Part shown: in pieces, positions 1 to 11,500 of the stretch
Position numbering within the stretch: position 1 is the first letter of the stretch
Layout of the letters: each line of letters opens with the position of its first letter
DNA from: Chiloscyllium plagiosum
Taxonomy: Eukaryota
Length of the DNA: 64,000 nt
Direction: 5' to 3'
Assembly (NCBI RefSeq): GCF_004010195.1
Contig: NC_057719.1
Location: 24,281,465 to 24,345,464 of the forward strand
Translations under genes and position numbers: made by a program
Notes under the pieces: generated by a model
The model's input: only the letters and a program-made list of their open reading frames with translations
Database searches by the model: none
What the model was told of the DNA's origin: nothing

Positions 1-145
1 CAGGGTCAGGTTAATTGGCCATACTAAATTGCCCGTAGTGTTAGGTAAGGGGTAAATGTAGGGGTATGGGTGGGTTTCGCTTCGGCGGGTCGGTGTGGAC
101 TTGTTGGGCAGAAGGGCCTGTTTCCACACTGTAATCTAATCTAAT
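1..145 (+). mobile_element. 3' part of HE1-type SINE (cut by window edge)
   Basis: TTGGCCAT-CTAAATTGCCC core, tail GAAGGGCCTGTTTCCACACTGT and (TCTAA)n end. Confidence 0.85.
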
Positions 146-1914
146 AAAGGAGAACTCTAAAGCTTTCTATAGGTATGTGAGGAATAAAAGGATGATTAGG
201 ATAGAAATAGGACCAATCAAAGACAGAAGTGGGAAGTTGAGTGTGGACCCTGTGGAGATTGGAGAGGTGTTAAATGAACATTTCTCATCGGTGTTCACTC
301 AGGAAAAGGAGAATATTGTAGAGGAGAAGAATGAGGTACGAGATATTAGACTAGAAAGGATTGAGGTTTGTTACGAACAGGTGTTATCAATTCTAGAAGG
401 AGTGAAAGTAGACATGTCCCCTGGGCCGGATGGGATTTATCCGGGGATTCTCTAGGAAGCTAGGGAGGAGATAGCAAGCCTTTGGCTTTGATATTTGAGT
501 TGTCATTGTCTACAGGTTTGGTACCAGAGGACTGAAGGATTGCAAATGTTGTGCCCTTGTTCAAGAAGGGCAGTAGAGATGATCCAGGTAATCATAGACA
601 TGTGAGCCTTACTTCTGTTGTCGTAAAGGTTTTGGAAAGGATTATAAGAGATAAGAGTTATAATCATCTAGCAAGCAACAATTTGATTTCAGATAGTCAA
701 CATAGTTTCAAGGGCAGGTCGTGTCTCACAAACCTCATTGAGTTTTTTGAGAAGGTGACCAAGCATGTAGATGAGGGTTGGGCAGTTGACGTGATATACA
801 TGGTCTTCAGTAAAGCCTTTGATAAGGTTCCACATGGTAGGCTGTTGGAGAAAATGCAGAGGCATGGAATTGAGGGTGATTTAGCAGTTTGGATTAGAAA
901 CTGACTTTCTGAAAGGCAGCGAGTGGTGGTTGATGAAAAATATTCAGCCTGGAGTCCGGTTACTAGTGGTGTGCCACAAGGATCTGTTTTGGGACCACTG
1001 CTGTTTGTCATTTTTATAAATGACTTAGACGCAGGCTCGTGTGAATGGATTAGTAAATTGCAGACGACACTAAAGTCAGTGGAGTAGTGGACAGTGTGGA
1101 AGAATGTTGCAGGGGGACTTGGATAAACTGCAGTATTGGGCTGAGAGGTGGCAAATGGAGTTCAATGCAGCTAAATGTGAGATGATGCACTTTGGGAAGA
1201 GTAACAGGAAGGCAGAGTACTGGGTCAATGGAAAGATTCTTGGTAGTGTGGATGTGCAGAGGGATCTTGGAGTCCATGTACATAGATTCCTGAAAGTTGC
1301 CACCCAGGTAGATAGTGCTGTTAAGAAGGCATATGGTGTGCTAGGTTTCATTCACAGAGGGATTGAGTTCCGGAGCCGTAATATCATGCTGCAACTATAC
1401 AAAATGCTGGTGCGGCCATATTTGGAATACTGTGTACAGTTCTGGTATCCATATCTTGGGAAGGATGTGGAAGCATTGGAAAAGGTGCAGAGGAGATTTA
1501 TCAGGATGTTGCCTGGTCTGGAGGAAAGACTGAGAGACTTGAACCTGCTCTCATTGGCAAGAAGAAGGCTAAGAGGGGATTTGATAGAGACATACAAGAT
1601 GATCAGAGGATTAGATAGGGTAGACAGTGAAAGTCTTTTTCCTAGGATGATGACGTCAGCGTGTACGAGGAGGCATAGCTACAAATTGAGGGGTGATAGA
1701 TTTAAGACAGGTTCTTTACACAAAGAATGGTAAGGAAGTGGAATGCCCTTACTGCTAATGTAGTCAATTCAGCCACATTCGGGAGATTTAAACAATCCTT
1801 AGATAAACACCTGGATGATTTTGGGATAGTGTCAGGAGACGAGCTGAGAATAGTTCACAGGTCGGCGCAACATCGAGGTCCGAAGGGCCTGTTCTGCGCT
1901 GTATTGTTCTATGT
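146..1914 (+). mobile_element. CR1-clade LINE, decayed ORF2 reverse transcriptase and 3' end
   Basis: ORF fragments [71 protein letters not shown]; stops and frameshifts. Confidence 0.93.
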
Positions 1915-2081
1915 AAGTGGTGGAGGCTGGTATGATTGTACCATTTAAAAGGCATCTGGATGAGTATGTGAACAGGAAGGGTTTAGAAGGATATGGGCTA
2001 AATGCTGGGAAGTGGGACTGGATTAATTTAGGATATCTGGTCAGCATGGACAAATTGAACTGTCCCTTCTGTGAACCCTTC

Positions 2082-3443
2082 TGTTAATTAAACCAGACAC
2101 CCAGAAAAGCTCACCTTGTCTCGTAATCTGTTAAAATGAGTGAGAGAACTCCCAAATTACACTATTTAAAGAAAATAATATCAATTTATTCTTTAACTCT
2201 AAAAGTGAACTCTTAAACAACTATTCATAATTCTAAGACCCCTTTCTCTTAACTGCTTATCTTACATGCCTTTAACTCAATATTAACAATATACTATTCC
2301 AATAGGACACTTATGAAAATTACATCAACTTAATATCAGAACCACATAGCCGCTGTTGACTTGGGTGTTTTTCTTCTTCCGGCTGAAGATCTCCCTGGGT
2401 TGTCTTCTTTCTTTTACTGCCAGTATTTTTCATATGAAAAGGTACCTTTGATAGAGAGTGTGTCCTAATTTCTTGGGTCTCTTTTGATGGCAGTTGCTCC
2501 GTCCTATTTTCAGAATGTCCACATTTTTATATCCCCAACATCGGATCGTCTCATTGGTTCGATGTTGGCAAAACAATAAATTCAAATTCAACTGGATTTT
2601 AGTATTTGAGGGCATAATTTAAACCGAATGGTTAAATCAAATTGTTGTCAAAACCACAACCAACTCAGGTATGCATTTCATAGCCAAATGTTACATATTT
2701 TCAATTTACCAGTACACTCTGGGGCTGCCATCTGGTCATCACAGTTACTTGTAAGCTCTCAGTTCAGAACAGCATTCACTCTCTCAAAGGCACTGTACAG
2801 AGGAACCTCGATTATCCGAAAGAGATAAGCGGGCACTATTTCATTCAAATAATTGAGTATTCAGATAATTGATGTTACCTTAAACAAGGGAAGCCATAGT
2901 GATCTAACACTGCTCTACCAGAGAATTTGTTTAAATCTATAATTTTAATGAGTCTGCTATTCAAACAATCTTTGCATTCTGCAAATTACAGGTTAAACTG
3001 AGAATGACTAAACCCTTACCATCACATAAATACAGTACTGTCTATGAAATCCCAGCATTAAACAAGGTCCCGAATAGCTTCTACGATTGCAACAGCATTG
3101 TCACTTTCCGGGAACTCAGTGTCACAATAGAAAGACGGAAACACCACCTCGCACATGCATTTATGTTCTTAGCCATTTTTTTTTCATGAATGGCCCGGGA
3201 ATACTGTTAAACACTGCAATGGGCTGTGTACCTAAACCTTACCTAAAACAATCCAGCCACTGATGCTTGAGTTACTTGTGTTTCTTTGTTTTTGCCAGCG
3301 TTTTCACATCTTCTCCAGTTCAGGTAAATCGAATATTCTTACCTCTTTGATGTAACATTTTGTCGGGACCTTGAAATCTTCTTCAGATAATCCGAAATTC
3401 AGGTATTTGAGGTTCCTCTGTACACACTTTTAACTTCACAACA
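2082..3443 (-). mobile_element. Solo LTR-like element splitting a CR1 3' tail (1915-2060 resumes at 3444-3487)
   Basis: TG...CA ends, AATAAA on the minus strand near 2185, CR1 tail sequence continues across it; left boundary uncertain (2061 or 2082). Confidence 0.5.
2798..3420. mobile_element. Non-autonomous Tc1/mariner (Tigger/pogo-like) MITE
   Basis: TIRs CAGAGGAACCTC...GAGGTTCCTCTG, TA on both sides (2796-2797, 3421-3422), inverted subterminal TTATCCGAA / TTCAGATAA motifs. Confidence 0.85.
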
Positions 3444-3487
3444 GACTGAAGGATCTGTTTTGATGCTGCACTGCTCTGTGACTCTAA

Positions 3488-3713
3488 TCCATAGCCTGTA
3501 CATCCTTGGATACTACAGAGCAATTTAGCATGGCCAATCCATTAACCTGCATATCTTTGGACTGTGGAAGGAAACTGGATCACCCAGAGCAAACCCACAC
3601 AAGCATGGGGAGAACGTGCAAATTCTACACAGACGTTACTGAAGGCCGGAATCAAATTCAGGTCCCTGGCATTGTGAGGCAGCAATGCTAAGCATTGTGC
3701 CACCATGCCACCC
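3488..3713 (-). mobile_element. HE1-type SINE
   Basis: Reverse of tRNA-like head GGTGGCACAATGCTTAGCATTGCTGCCTCACA and the conserved core. Confidence 0.85.
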
Positions 3714-3912
3714 AAGGTGGAGATGCACATTATTGTTGACAGCAACTTCCTAAGGTGTGGAAAGTGAATCCTTGGACAATATGGATCACTGTGTTGTTTT
3801 TAGGTTGGCATCTATGTGGGAGAGGAAATGGTGGTGGTGTGGGGACACACTGTTTGATGAGAACAGGCTGGAGAAATGGACATTTACGTTCCAAACATTT
3901 TGTGTAAAATTA

Positions 3913-4195
3913 GGGCGGCATGGTGGCTCAGCAGTTAGCACTGCTATCTCAGAGCGCCAGGGACCCATGTTCGATTCCCGCCTTTGGCCACCCTCTGTGT
4001 CTGCATGGGTTTCCTCAGGGTGCTTCAGTTTCCTCCCACAGTCCAAAGATGTGCAGATCAGATGAATTGGTCTTACTAAATTGCCCATATTATCAGATAA
4101 ATGTAGGGGAATGGGTCTGGGTGGATTACTGTTCAGAGGGCCAGTGTGGACTTGTTGAGTTAAATGGCATGTTTCCACACAGCAGGAAATCTGTA
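3913..4195 (+). mobile_element. HE1-type SINE
   Basis: GGGCGGCATGGTGGCTCAGCAGTTAGCACTG head, core and tail. Confidence 0.85.
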
Positions 4196-4796
4196 GGGAA
4201 ACTAATCCAATTTATGTTATCATGAGCCTCACACTCCCATTAAGGACGGTGGGCAAGTTCACAAAGCTGGAGGGCCAGAGGCAGCAAGCAGGATGCTATG
4301 GCAAGTGAGAGATAGACACTTCAAACAGAGACCAAGTGTTAAAAAGCTTAAAGAAAGCCTTAAATAAAGTATGGCTTTTGCAGTCAGGCTACCACTGTGA
4401 GCATGGGGTGGGGCAAGGGAACCCCTCCTGAGGTTAGCCCATGGCTGCTGCTGCACGATGCAGGAAGGGTCTCGAAACCTGTCCAAGGTGCTGTCCACGA
4501 TGCATTTGTTTCTTTTCATTCTTGCCCATCTCAATTCTACACTCCAGCCATTAGAACACAGGCCACAGATCAGCCATGATCTCATCGAATGAGGCTATGC
4601 AGCCCATTCTTCTTCCTAACTGCAGATATATTGAATTATTGGTCCGAGATTAGCACTGATTGAGTGCTAAGCTTATAAGGTTAGGTTTAAAGTCACTAGA
4701 AATTTGCCTAGTCCGCCTACTGGAACAGAAATGTGAACATGCACAATGTAATTAATATACCATTAGTGTTCATTTTCTCATGAGGTTCTCAAAAAG

Positions 4797-4802
4797 TTTA
4801 TT
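4797..4802 (-). terminator. Candidate polyadenylation signal AATAAA of the gene
   Basis: TTTATT on the + strand about 520 nt past the stop codon; no transcript evidence. Confidence 0.35.
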
Positions 4803-5318
4803 AAGTGATAGAAAGCTCATATGAATGTCTCAGTACTTTTTAAACTTGGCTACATATAATATTGAGTTATATTCTACTCAAACTGAAGGGAATCGATCGG
4901 CACTCCCTGTGTATATCGCAACCATTAATGTATTACACCACACCACAAAACTAACCGCTCTAAAGTTTTACTTCAGAATCATACCTAGAAAATCAGATTT
5001 AGACTTTACAGCACTGCTTAAAGTAAGATGGCAAAGCAATGAAAAATTAAGGGAAATTAGTCTGGAGCCTGCTGCACTCTTCTGCCAATACAGTGGGAAA
5101 CCGTTCGATTCAGGTCATTTATACCTTACTCACCTGCTGCACTTAGATGAGTGGGGTGGTTAGCCCTGCGAACACAGTCAGATTCCCTCTACTTCTTTCA
5201 CACAACAATTTACATGCTATTATGCCTTTAAACGAAAAACATGACCTGACCCTTCACTAAACTGTATTAGGCAAAATAATAAATTCCCTCTTCGTGTAGA
5301 AGATGTCAAAATGACTCA

Positions 5319-5525
5319 TCAAGACTTGCTATTTATTGGTTTTAGTCTGTTCTTTTGGTTAGTTATGATTTTGCTGGAATTTGCAAATGAGACCTTTATT
5401 TGTGGCTTCAACTGGTTAGTTTCCCCTGATTTGGTTGGAATTTGGTCAGAGATGCCAATGAAAACAGATGCAGAGTCAGTTTGTCCTGCTTCTTGTGCAA
5501 CATCTTTCTTTTCCATGATGAACTC
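5319..5525 (-). CDS. CCDC197: Coding exon 9 (last): [20 protein letters not shown]...KPINSKS*
   Basis: Acceptor TTCTCTTCTCAATAG, open to TGA at 5319-5321; overlaps ORF 5319..5516. Confidence 0.85.
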   Translation of the reverse strand, partial: EFIMEKKDVAQEAGQTDSASVFIGISDQIPTKSGETNQLKPQIKVSFANSSKIITNQKNRLKPINSKS

Positions 5526-8500
5526 CTATTGAGAAGAGAAAGAGAAATAAGTTCTAGCAAGCAAGCTTCTAAGTCCTAACAATTATACAGTTTATTATTT
5601 TATATAAACATGCCTTTTCTTCCATGAAACTAATGATAGCTATACCAATTTTTACTACAGAGCCTGCATGGAGCTTCCTGCACTGCAGAGTTCCTCTTTA
5701 AAAGCTTTACTTTAGTTAGATGCAGTATTTCTAATACTGTGAAAGATTAAAGTGTAATTAGTCATATCTTCTGCTTAGGAATGTGTTAACTATTGCACTT
5801 TGCAAATACCCATTCATAAGGCTCTTGGAAAGATTATGTTCAAAAACAATTGATAGAAACAGATCTAAACATTAGAAAAAAGCTTCCCAGCCAATTGTTA
5901 AACAATAAAGTTAATGACCCCAAATGCCACAGTATCACAGACTGCATTTATTTAGCACTGTAAAAAGGCTCAATGACCGTCACTGGAGTATTACCAAACG
6001 GGGCCAGAAAAGTTGTCCAAATGTTTGCTCAAAGAGATAGTTAGCTTTTAAAAAGCATCTTAAAGGAGAAGGGAAAGGAAATGAGGCTAAGGTAAGTAAA
6101 TGGAATAAATTACAAATCACCCCTGGACACAATGAAGGCTGGAACAGCTTCAGGGCTGAATGGATCGCTCCTGTTTCTAATTCTCCAAAAGGTTTAGGGA
6201 GCAACTTCTAGAACTCCATACCGAGACTTTTGCTCATGGTTCAGTGATGAAAATCAGGGAAGAGCAAATGGTCAGATTTAGAGGGATACAAAGCTAATGA
6301 CTGCCAAGGAAATGAAAATGTCTTAAAACACACAGAAGAAAACAGAAACAAGTTGCAGTTATATGAACATTTATATGACAGAGTTGCAGGGTTTATCTGT
6401 GTAATGTTATAAATCCATCATCTTTGCTGTTTTGTCAGTGATCTCCCATCCAACTGAAGGTAGGAAGTGGCTATTAGCTGCTAATTTCATAGCGTTTCGT
6501 ACAATTCACAACTCTTCAGATACTGAAGCACTTCATGTCTGCATGCAACAAGGTCTGGACAGCATCTAAACTTTGACAAGTTTCAAGAAAGCCATCAAAG
6601 TACCAGGCAATGATCATCTCCAACAAGAAAATTAAACCATTGCTCTTTGATGTTCAAAACAATATCACTGCTTAATCTTCCACGCTCAACATTCTTGGAG
6701 TTCTACTGACCAGAAACTTAAGCCATTTTAAACACTCTGGTTACAATAGCAGATGATAAGCTGGGAAATTTGCAAGCAGCTGAACTCCTGACTTTCATAC
6801 TTGTCCATGGCATTTGTTGCTCATCCTTGATTGCCTCTGAGATGATGTGCACAGATGCAAGTGTTTACTGCATCTCAATGACAGAGGTCGGGATGGTTTT
6901 AGTTCTAGATATGGAGGTGATGAAGATTGAACAGATTCCTGCTCATCCAGTGGAGAAGCTGCACTCCCAGTGGGAGAACGTGGAACACAGCATCCCTACA
7001 GTGTGGAAATAGGCCCTTCAGCCCAACTAGTCCACACTGACCCTCCATAGAGTAACCCACCTAGACCCTTATTACCCTAAATTTACCCCAGACTAATGCA
7101 CCTAATGTACACATCCTGAACACTATGGGCAATTTAACATGGCCAATTCACCTAATCTGCACATCTTTAGATTGTGGGAGGAAACCAGAGCACCCGGAGG
7201 AAACCCACGCCAATTCACCTGACCTGCACATTTTTGGATTGGGGAGGAAACCAGAGCACCCGGAGGAAACCCACGCAGACATGGGGAGAATGCGCAAACT
7301 CCACACAAACAGTCGCCTGAGTTTGGAATTGAACCTGAGTCCGTGGTGCTGTGAGGTTTCATGGATATGGGATAGGGTGTTGCAGTTGGAAAGATGGAGA
7401 AGAGCATTTGTGCAGTGGAAAGCCTTGCTTGACACCAGTTTGCACATCCATTGGATGTCTGGTGGATCTGTTGCTGAGGGTCATAACCTGTATCTTGTTA
7501 GGCAGCGAGGAAATGATGGTGATGAATTTATACAGGAAGTACATTTGAAAAGGATGCTTCATTGTCTTTTCTGGTTGACAGAATTGAAGGTCTTTGTGTA
7601 TTTGAAAAAGGCTACGTACAAAGGTTGCTGCTAATCCCTGGATTTTTCTTGGACTTTTCTTGCTTGGAAGATTAGGACTATTGTGCCTCTTGATTAATGG
7701 AAATTGCATTATGACTTACTAGGAGCTGTTCAGCCACCAGGAGGAAATGACTGAGGAAAATATTTGCAATGACTCTCCCAGTTGCAGACAGCAGCGAGAT
7801 CCCTATGTACTTAGCACTGTTGGTTTTATCTCCTTAAGATGGTCACGAAAACAATGTCTCAGTGATCTGCTGGCCACTCTCTTCCTTCCAGACAAAAGGA
7901 GATGAGGTCATGTAATTCGTGCCAAGAGGGCTTCCCCATCACTTTTCAGTATTCTGAGGATTCCATTGCCCCAGCAGCCTTGTTGGTTCTCAGCTGTCAG
8001 TTGGCCTTTTTATACTTATGTTAGGCTGAAGTTGTGCTGGAGTGGTGGTAGATACCATGTAGTAGGTTGTGGTGCTTCCAGTTCAGGATCACTTTGCTCT
8101 TGCGATGCAGTAGCTCCGGGATCTCCTAGATGTTCTCGTCACACCAGTCGTGAATTAGAATCTTCTCACAAGTGCTGTTTATAATGGATTGCAGGGCTGA
8201 CTTGACACTATGGACATTCTTTGAGGAGAAAGTGAGGTCTGCAGATGCTGGAGATCAGAGCTGAAAATGTGTTGCTGGAAAAGCGCAGCAGGTCAGGCAG
8301 CATCCAGGGAACAGGAGAATCGACGTTTCGGGCACAAGCCCTTCTTCAGGAATGAGGAAAGTTTGTCCAGCAGGCTAAGATAAAAGGTAGGGAGGAGGGA
8401 CTTGGGGGAGGGCCGTCGGAAATGTGATAGGTGGAAAGAGGTCAAGGTGAGGGTGATAGGTCAGACGGGGGTGGGGGCGGAGAGGTCGGGAAGAAGATTG

Positions 8501-11500
8501 CAGGTTAGGAAGGCGGTGCTGAATTCGATGGATTTGACTGAGACAAGGTGGGGGGAGGGGAAATGAGGAAACTGGTGAAACCCGAGTTCATCCCTTGTGC
8601 AGAGGATGCAATAGATGATGTGTGTGGAGGTGCAGGTGAATCTGTGGTGGATATGGAAGTTTCCTTTGGGGCCTTGGAGGGAGGTGAGGGGGGAGGTGTG
8701 GGCACAAGTCTTGCACCTCCTGCGGTTGCAGGGGAAGGTGCCGGGAGTGGAGATTGGGTTGGTGGGGGGTGTGGATCTGACGAGGGAGTCACGGAGGGAG
8801 TGGTCTTTACGGAATGCTGATATGGACATTCTGTGGATCCTGCTGATTGAGTATCACCAGGTTGGCTGTAAGGCAATGACTATATAGGTCTTTCTTTGCT
8901 GAGTCCTTGAGTCCATCAACATTGAATTTCCTGCACCGATGTTTCTGATGCTATTCCTGTTTTTGGGCTGGCCTGATAGAAATAGTAGACATGATTAGAC
9001 AATGGCTGGGCCAGCAGTCATCAGCTGAATGTTGCAGTTGCTTTTTGTGTGATAGTCAAGGCAGTTTCAATGCTTGGAGTGAAGGCATTTCCATGAGGTC
9101 CTGTATTTATGTCTCTGATGAAAGAGGGTGTGTATGACAATCAATTATGCTCTAGACATTTCCTCAGTAGGAAATCTTTGTTGGTGTTTGCCTTCTCTAT
9201 GAGCACAAAACTATTAAAACTTGGGTGTTGTCAAACTGAGAGCCAGTGTTAGACAGCAATCACAAGGGTGATAAGTAAAGGTGACAATGTGAATCTTTAC
9301 AAGATTTTGCTTACACTAATGTTTACAGAGAATGAAGGCAGGAGGTTAACCAGAAGATCCTGGGAATAGTGGAGACTAGAGACAACAAAGGAATAGATGT
9401 TTCAAAAACAGTTGTGCCTGAATACTGCTGGAATCAGGTAGAATCAAACATTACGACAATGTTATGAAGGTGGAAGTCACTTTACTTTTAGTTTACATAG
9501 CAACAAAATTAACATTCTGACCTTCACCATGTCCAACTTTGTTAACATGTCAATTTCTTCAAATACTCCATAATGCCTCATGTAGCACTGATCTGCCAGA
9601 TTATTAATAGCCAATAAGAGGGCACCAAACCCTTCACTCTATGAAGAGAGAGAATAAAGAATGAGGTAACACTTTGACAATGGCATTAAATTACCAATCT
9701 GTTACAAAAAGGTCACTAGGTCCAGCATTACAGATTTCCACCCAGCTTTCTGATCCTCCTTATAACCACCTTGGCAGACGTGCATTTGGATAGTCCAAGT
9801 ATAGATTCCCTTTTGCAATTTGACATCTTGAAACTATCGGTAGAATTTACAGTGTCACACAGCTAGTCCCTTTATTTTTCTAAAAGTTGTTCCTTGGCTC
9901 AAGGATACTCTGTCCTTGATCTTTTTCAGAGGGTCAATAAACCGGGCCGGGCTCTGATCAGTCTGATTTGGTACAGAGAATAAAAGGAATTTGAGAGACC
10001 TTTTGTTTGTATGTAAACAGATGAGACTTCAGGCCAAAGTGGTCATGTTTTAGAAGTGACCTGTATAAAGAAAGGGGAGTGGTCAGCTCTCCAACTGATC
10101 TGGGCAGTTTTAGTTCAATCTTGAGCTAGTTGGAAGTTCAGCAGGAAGCTGTGTGGAATCTCTCTCTCTCTCTTTCACCCTTCAACTTCAATCTGAAAGC
10201 ATGTGTTCCATTTACACTGGTTTTTAAAGGGAGTTTGCTTATTGGGACTGTTGTGTATATTCGGAACAGCATAATGAAGTCAAGTTGGATAGGTTGAGTT
10301 ATGTAAGGGTTTTTTATTCTGTTCTTAGTGTTTCCTTGTGTTATTTTGTGAATAAATTTTTGTCTGTTTTAAAATCCAGTAGTGAACCTAGCTAACTTAA
10401 TCCAGGTAATTTTCTCCATATACTTACCAAAACAAATTGCAAAGTTATGATCTGAGCTGCCTGCTTCAGATTGTTTTGAGTGCTCTGGCTTAGTCCATAA
10501 CAGACTAGGGGCTCTTTGCGGGGTTTTAAAGAGCGAGTGGTAGGTGCTAGTGTATTTATTTCGGGTGTTGGTTGTGTAGATAAAGTTTGGGATAGGAATG
10601 GCTCTTTAAGTTGCCAAAAGTTATCTGGATGTGGATGCGGTGACATTGGAAGTTTTGCAAATAAGTGAATAAGACTAAGTTCCAAGAATTAGCAGAGAAG
10701 CTGGAATTGGAACTGCCTGCCTCTGTGAGGAGAGATAATTACAGCAGTAGCTCAGCATTTAAAATTGCTGGAAAATCTATAGAGATGGCAAAAATTCAAT
10801 TGCATATGAAGCAACTCGAGTAAGAGACAAGAGATAAGGAAAGGGCAGCTGAAATGAAACAGTTTGAGTTACAATTTGAAGCAGAAGAGAGGGAAAAAGA
10901 GAGACCAAAAAAAGAAAAAGAGAGAGTGTCTGAACTTCAAAAACTGACACTTAAAAAGGAAAGTCAGTTTAAAAGGCTGGAGATAAAGGCTGAGGATAAG
11001 CTTAGTGAGGGGGAGAGAGAGAGAGAGAGAGAGTGGGAGGATGAGAAAGCCCCTGGTAGTCATAAGCCCAGTGAGAAACTGTTTAAGTATTTTCAAGCAT
11101 TGCCTGAATTTGATGAGAAGGATGTGGAAGCCTTTTTCATCTCATTTGAAAAGATGGCTACACAAATGCAGTGGCAATGTGGGTTTTGGTGATCCAAACA
11201 AAACTTGTAAGTAGGGCTAGTGAGATATTTGCATCACTATCAGACGAGGTATCTGGGGAGTATGAGGAGGTGAAAAAAGCCATTTTAAGTGCATACGAGC
11301 TTGTACCAAAAGCCTATAGATAACATTTCAGGAATCTAAGGAGGGACCCTGGTCATACCTATATTGAGTTTGAAAAGATCAAACAGATTAATTTTGATAG
11401 ATGAGAGCTTTAAAAATCGAGCAAACCTAAGATGCCCTAAGAGAGGTAATTATAGTAGTGCGAACTCATGTGAAAGAGCAGAGAATTAAAACAGCAAGGT

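Larger units (their letters stand above)
7356..9245 (-). mobile_element. Old RTE-clade LINE fragment, interrupted by a PLE
   Basis: Minus-strand ORF 7359..7709 contains [20 protein letters not shown], resembling the RTE reverse transcriptase motif (V-x-TGVKQGC); extent approximate. Confidence 0.5.

Noticed and set aside
3506..4225. Recurring ORFs such as [17 protein letters not shown].. and [14 protein letters not shown].. here and throughout the window
   Set aside because: Translations of HE1 SINE sequence, not genes
9491..9504. X-box-like GTTTACATAGCAAC near the exon 8 donor (also GTTGCTATGGAGAT at 47089-47102)
   Set aside because: Imperfect isolated intronic matches are expected by chance in 64 kb; no supporting context
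10854..11192. Coiled-coil-like 112-aa ORF as a host exon
   Set aside because: Lies inside the Gypsy gag region, on the strand opposite to the host gene
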